From assembly GCA_000146465.1 (NCBI GenBank), contig CP001951.1: DNA of 64,000 nt; one strand, written 5' to 3'. Position 1 is the stretch's first letter. Each line of letters begins with the position of its first letter. This document shows positions 59,981-64,000 of the stretch, in pieces. Both the position numbers and the translations under genes were made by a program. The notes beneath the pieces are model-generated. The model saw nothing but the letters and a program-made list of their open reading frames with translations, was not told the DNA's origin and did not search any database.

Positions 59981-62467
59981 ATGGATAGAAGAGGATTAGA
60001 ATCGTGTCTTTATGAGGTACTGAAATCCGATTCCACTTCAGGGAAGAGGGCCGAGGCTAAGATCCTAGAGCTACAGTCAAGCGATTTTGAAAGGTTTATA
60101 TCGATACTTGTGGAGGTGTTCTGCGACCTGAAAAGCAATGACCAGCTTCGAATGGTTTCTGGGATCATCCTTAAGAATAGCCTTCATGCAAATGATCCGG
60201 ATCTTCAGAAAGGTTGTTTGAGTAGGTGGCTGGGGATGAGGCCTGAATCCAGAGAATATATCAAGAACACGATTAAGAGAGCCCTCCGGGGGCCTACTCC
60301 AAGGTTTTGTACAATGGCAGGGGCGGCTCTTGGGCAAATATCCAGGATGGAGATTCCAAACAGTTTATACCAGGGGTTTTTTGAAGAGATGAAAAGGATG
60401 GTTTGCGACGAAGAGACGGCGTGTGGAGTGTGCGAAGCTGTAGGAACATGTTGTAGTTATCTGACAAAGGAAGCTCCGGACATCCTCCGAATGCATAATG
60501 CTACTGTGTTTGAAATATGCATACATCCTCTTAAGAGAGGAACTACGAGGGAAAGTAAGCTGTCAGGCTTAAAATGCCTAATGAATTGTATGGAAGTCGA
60601 AGGGATATTCTGCTATGAGGAGAATGTAAACATATTTCTTAATTCGACCATTGAAATATGGAACGGTGATGACGAAGAACTGATACACAAGTTAATGATC
60701 TGCTTTAACAGACTTGTGATGCTCAACTATAAGTTTATTCGGAAGAGCATATTAGAGAATATACTTGGCCAGTATCTGGGAAGATTCTTTAAATCGAAGC
60801 ATGACGAAATTAAGATCCAAGCAATTGAGTACTGGTGTATTTTTGCAGAGAAAAGAGACGAAGAGATGGCCAACAAGTACATGTCTGTTGTTCTTCCCGA
60901 AATACTGAGTCTTCTTAAGAAAGGTCCCGACTATTATGAGGAAATATGGTCCCCGCATAAAGCTGCCTCCTCCTGCCTTGAGATTTACACAGAGTTGAAG
61001 GGAGACAAGATGATGAGAAACGGAATGATATGGGGATTTATAGAGACCTCTCTAAAATCGGAGTCAAAGGCTGATGTGGACATAGGTGCTGTTGCACTAG
61101 GAAGTGTAATGCATGAGAAATGTGAAGATTGCTTGGTAAAGATTGTCCCAGACCTTGTTGCCGGAATAGGATTTGAGGAGTCAAAGGACTCTTGTCTGTG
61201 GGCATTGTCCAGAACGGCAGAATGTAACTTTTATGCATTAGTAGATCATCTTCCTATCATTTTGAGCAGATGTGGATCGGTAGTTCTTGAGAGTTCCAAG
61301 TCTTCGATTGGAGCAGCATGGGCGATGGATTGTATATTCCGCTCTGTAGCAGACAGCAAGAGAAAAGAGGGCTTTGCCAGCCATATACCAAGCTCCACCA
61401 AGAAGAGGGCAGACGATTTTGTCGAAAGCTTCCTTGTAAAGCAGTATCTCGACATTCTCAATGTATTAGTTAAGGGAACTGAACTGGCGAACTTAAATGA
61501 TTCAAGCCTAAGGGTTGCCTTATTTTCGGCTCTTGATGAATTGATCCTCATATGTCCTCAGACTGTCTTGGACATCCTTATTGGGTTTTATGACTATACA
61601 TCTAAAAAGATCGATGAGTGCATCAGTGTGTTGGGATATGCCACACAGGATCAACTACTAGTAGTTGAGGATGTACTTTCGAACTACATAGGACTTATTG
61701 AGGCAATAGCCACAGCAAGAAAGAGAGAGGATGTAGAGGACCTTCTGGAGCTGTTCATAAGAATCCTGGAGTCAACACCGACAATAGCCTTTGGGGAAGT
61801 TTACACAAGCATTTCAAATCTCTCTACAAAATTTGCACCGCACACGTCTCGAATACTGCCTTACATGACAAGGGACATGAGGTGCACAGACCGATTTGTT
61901 TTAAATTCAGTGATAAACCTTGTTGGAAGGCTTGCAAATACAATGGGGACAGACTTTAATATCCTTGCAACGGTTCTTACATCATCTCTGGTTCAATGTC
62001 TCAGCTCGGAAGCCACTCATAGAGATCTTAAGCCTATAATACTGTCTGTATTTGGAGACATTGCTTTGGCGCTGGAAAGAAACTTCGAATCATACCTGGA
62101 TATGGTTGTTATGCTATTCCAGCAGATATCAGAGCTTAACAGGCATGGGGACGAAGAATATGTGGACGACCTTCGGAAGAACGCAGTTCAGCTTGTGAAC
62201 TGTTCTTTGGTAGCCATCGGGGACAGTTCCAAGGTTAGAAATCTCCTCCCCAGAATTATCAGCATAGCCCACAAAATGGGCATTGAGGATGGAAGTGGCA
62301 AGACACATGAAGACATCCTTGGCCTTATCGATGATCTTGTTGGAATGTATGGAAAGAACTTTGGGCTGGACGAGCCATGGATTAAGGAATTTCTGTACGG
62401 AATGATGAAGTCCAGTAACGACAGGAATAGAAAGAAGGCTAGCCATGTTCTGGAGGTGCTGAGATAA
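59981..62467 (+). CDS. importin-beta family karyopherin (Kap95-like)
   Basis: Importin N-terminal domain (ILELQSSDFERFISILVEVFCD..RMVSGIILKNSL) followed by HEAT repeats; 828 aa. Confidence 0.6.
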   Translation: MDRRGLESCLYEVLKSDSTSGKRAEAKILELQSSDFERFISILVEVFCDLKSNDQLRMVSGIILKNSLHANDPDLQKGCLSRWLGMRPESREYIKNTIKRALRGPTPRFCTMAGAALGQISRMEIPNSLYQGFFEEMKRMVCDEETACGVCEAVGTCCSYLTKEAPDILRMHNATVFEICIHPLKRGTTRESKLSGLKCLMNCMEVEGIFCYEENVNIFLNSTIEIWNGDDEELIHKLMICFNRLVMLNYKFIRKSILENILGQYLGRFFKSKHDEIKIQAIEYWCIFAEKRDEEMANKYMSVVLPEILSLLKKGPDYYEEIWSPHKAASSCLEIYTELKGDKMMRNGMIWGFIETSLKSESKADVDIGAVALGSVMHEKCEDCLVKIVPDLVAGIGFEESKDSCLWALSRTAECNFYALVDHLPIILSRCGSVVLESSKSSIGAAWAMDCIFRSVADSKRKEGFASHIPSSTKKRADDFVESFLVKQYLDILNVLVKGTELANLNDSSLRVALFSALDELILICPQTVLDILIGFYDYTSKKIDECISVLGYATQDQLLVVEDVLSNYIGLIEAIATARKREDVEDLLELFIRILESTPTIAFGEVYTSISNLSTKFAPHTSRILPYMTRDMRCTDRFVLNSVINLVGRLANTMGTDFNILATVLTSSLVQCLSSEATHRDLKPIILSVFGDIALALERNFESYLDMVVMLFQQISELNRHGDEEYVDDLRKNAVQLVNCSLVAIGDSSKVRNLLPRIISIAHKMGIEDGSGKTHEDILGLIDDLVGMYGKNFGLDEPWIKEFLYGMMKSSNDRNRKKASHVLEVLR

Positions 62468-62505
62468 TATATGATGAACCTGAATTAAAATGTTTCATTT
62501 AACTT

Positions 62506-64000
62506 CTAAGTTGCTTTAGGGCAGAAGCTTCGGTTCTGGGTCTTTCTATATCTTCCAAGTTCTTGTTTCGTGCTATTTAGGAAATCAGACAGTGTCGTCA
62601 ATATCTCTCTCAAGCTTTTCGTTTCTTCCTCTCCAAACTTGCGCTTCACCATACTAGAATGGAGATGAAATTTTTTAAAGCTGCAGCTCATCTCCTCAAG
62701 TTTACTATATGCGAATCTGAAGAACTTTGCATATTCTTTCTTGGCATCTTCTTCCAGCAGGTTCAGAAGGCCTAACTTCTCTGTATATATCTCTATGAAA
62801 TGGTTAATCTTTTCACGTATCTTTGGTAGCTCTTCGTTTTTCAGATCATGGAGAGGAGAAAGCTCTTCAAGCAGATGTTCTACTCTAACGCCATTGGCCT
62901 CCAGTACATGGAACAGAAACGGAAAGAGAGATGTGTTGTTCTTCCCTCTGTAATTGCTAAATACATATAAGCTGGAAAGCTTGAATCCGTTTGCCTTTTT
63001 CCTGCTAATAGAATATCTGAAATTCATTGTGTTTCCAATCTCAAGAATAGTCCGGAGGACGATCCTTAGGCTTTGGCTATCCAAGATCCTGTTGCATACC
63101 TCTAGTAGCCCGAGAAGAGTTTTTTCTATAAGAAATATTTCATCGAAAAACCTTCTTTCAAAAATCAATATCTCAACAAGCTTACGGACATCTAGAAGCT
63201 TCGAAAACTCCAGCATGGCTTTCTCAACCTTTCCAAGGGATTCGGGGGGTGTGGATATCAGATCCATCACCTCTTCCTGCCCAGGGTACATCTTTTCAAT
63301 GTTCAGCAGGTCCTGAAGCCCAAGAGGATTGTCGGGTGTTTTGAGTATAGAATACACATTCTCCGGAGTTATGTTCCGAAGCTCAAGGTGCTTCAGTGAG
63401 AGGGATGCCAGAAATAGTCTACTTTCCTCTATTATGCTCCTTTTGGTTTCTTTGCTCGTTTTCTTCTGCTCCGAGAATGGCTCGCAGAATATCTCTTCAA
63501 ACTTCTCGTAATCGATGTCAGTACTGATCCCAGAAGTCTCACTGAATATTGTTTCCTCAGCCCTTGACAATGGAATCCAATGAAAGGGCTTCTTTATGAC
63601 AACGTTTGGTTGTGCATCGCATTTTTCAGCCTGTCTCTTCTTTACAACAATCTTCTTTGGCTTTACCTTATATCTGTTCTCCACTCTAGAAAATGACCCT
63701 ATAAGCTCTAATGGTTTTGGGTTCCCATTCTCCATGGTGTACAGAGCCTTCCGGTCGATGCCTACTCCTCCACAGACGCCTTCACCGGAAATCTCTTCCA
63801 CCTCTGCATCCCTGTGCTTCCCCCAGCACTTCTCCTTGTTCTCAAAAACTATGTCTGCATGCTTGAGAGTCTTGGCTTCAAGGATACTAGCTCTGAAGCC
63901 TTTTGCTTCTAGAGTTCTGACGAGCTCCGAGGTCTTCTCTGAAAAATATCTCATAAATGCACAGAACTTTGCTACTATTTCATTCTGGCCTTCGGAGACA
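62506..64000 (-). CDS. formin (FH2 domain), N-terminal part lies beyond window end
   Basis: FH2 motifs KKPFHWIPL and EIGNTMNFRYSISRKKANGFKLSSL. Frame stays open upstream of the first ATG (63954) to position 64000. Confidence 0.75.
   Translation of the reverse strand, partial: VSEGQNEIVAKFCAFMRYFSEKTSELVRTLEAKGFRASILEAKTLKHADIVFENKEKCWGKHRDAEVEEISGEGVCGGVGIDRKALYTMENGNPKPLELIGSFSRVENRYKVKPKKIVVKKRQAEKCDAQPNVVIKKPFHWIPLSRAEETIFSETSGISTDIDYEKFEEIFCEPFSEQKKTSKETKRSIIEESRLFLASLSLKHLELRNITPENVYSILKTPDNPLGLQDLLNIEKMYPGQEEVMDLISTPPESLGKVEKAMLEFSKLLDVRKLVEILIFERRFFDEIFLIEKTLLGLLEVCNRILDSQSLRIVLRTILEIGNTMNFRYSISRKKANGFKLSSLYVFSNYRGKNNTSLFPFLFHVLEANGVRVEHLLEELSPLHDLKNEELPKIREKINHFIEIYTEKLGLLNLLEEDAKKEYAKFFRFAYSKLEEMSCSFKKFHLHSSMVKRKFGEEETKSLREILTTLSDFLNSTKQELGRYRKTQNRSFCPKAT

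Overview
Gene-dense eukaryotic nuclear segment, roughly one gene per 1.2-1.3 kb. Genes lie on both strands, intergenic spacers are mostly under 150 bp, and ORFs are almost entirely uninterrupted. Moderate GC (mid-40s % by eye). Three lines of evidence point to a microsporidian-type genome (Encephalitozoon-like; species not determinable here): a C-triplet motif sits 3-15 nt upstream of most ATGs, three ultra-short (23-28 nt) GTAAGTG...AAG introns lie immediately after ATG codons, and the gene content fits (mitosomal-type FAD glycerol-3-phosphate dehydrogenase, ABC half-transporter, cofactor-independent phosphoglycerate mutase). I annotate 51 protein genes (50 complete, one truncated at the window start). 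They are largely housekeeping: fibrillarin, RNR1, Pol epsilon, V-ATPase B, PABP, CPSF73, TAF6/TAF12, CK2beta, UFD1, XPA, ORC2, GINS, importin-beta, formin, ArfGEF and RhoGEF. There is one tRNA-Ala(CGC) and one candidate SRP RNA in a 375-bp gap. Many ORF-track starts are TTG/GTG in-frame extensions, so true ATG starts were re-derived. Most notable observations: (1) a ~440-bp, >99% identical inverted repeat that grafts the last 126 codons, stop and 3' flank of the acyl-CoA synthetase gene onto the 3' end of the CPSF73 gene, giving a chimeric C-terminus; (2) the acyl-CoA synthetase core is a GC-rich, CGN-codon compositional island unlike its neighbours; (3) an SRP RNA candidate with a textbook helix-8 motif and a Pol III T5 terminator; (4) a three-exon membrane-protein gene and an RPL27A gene whose micro-introns are nearly identical in sequence and absent from the ORF track; (5) a 54-codon RNA polymerase subunit gene (RPABC4) below the ORF-track size cutoff.
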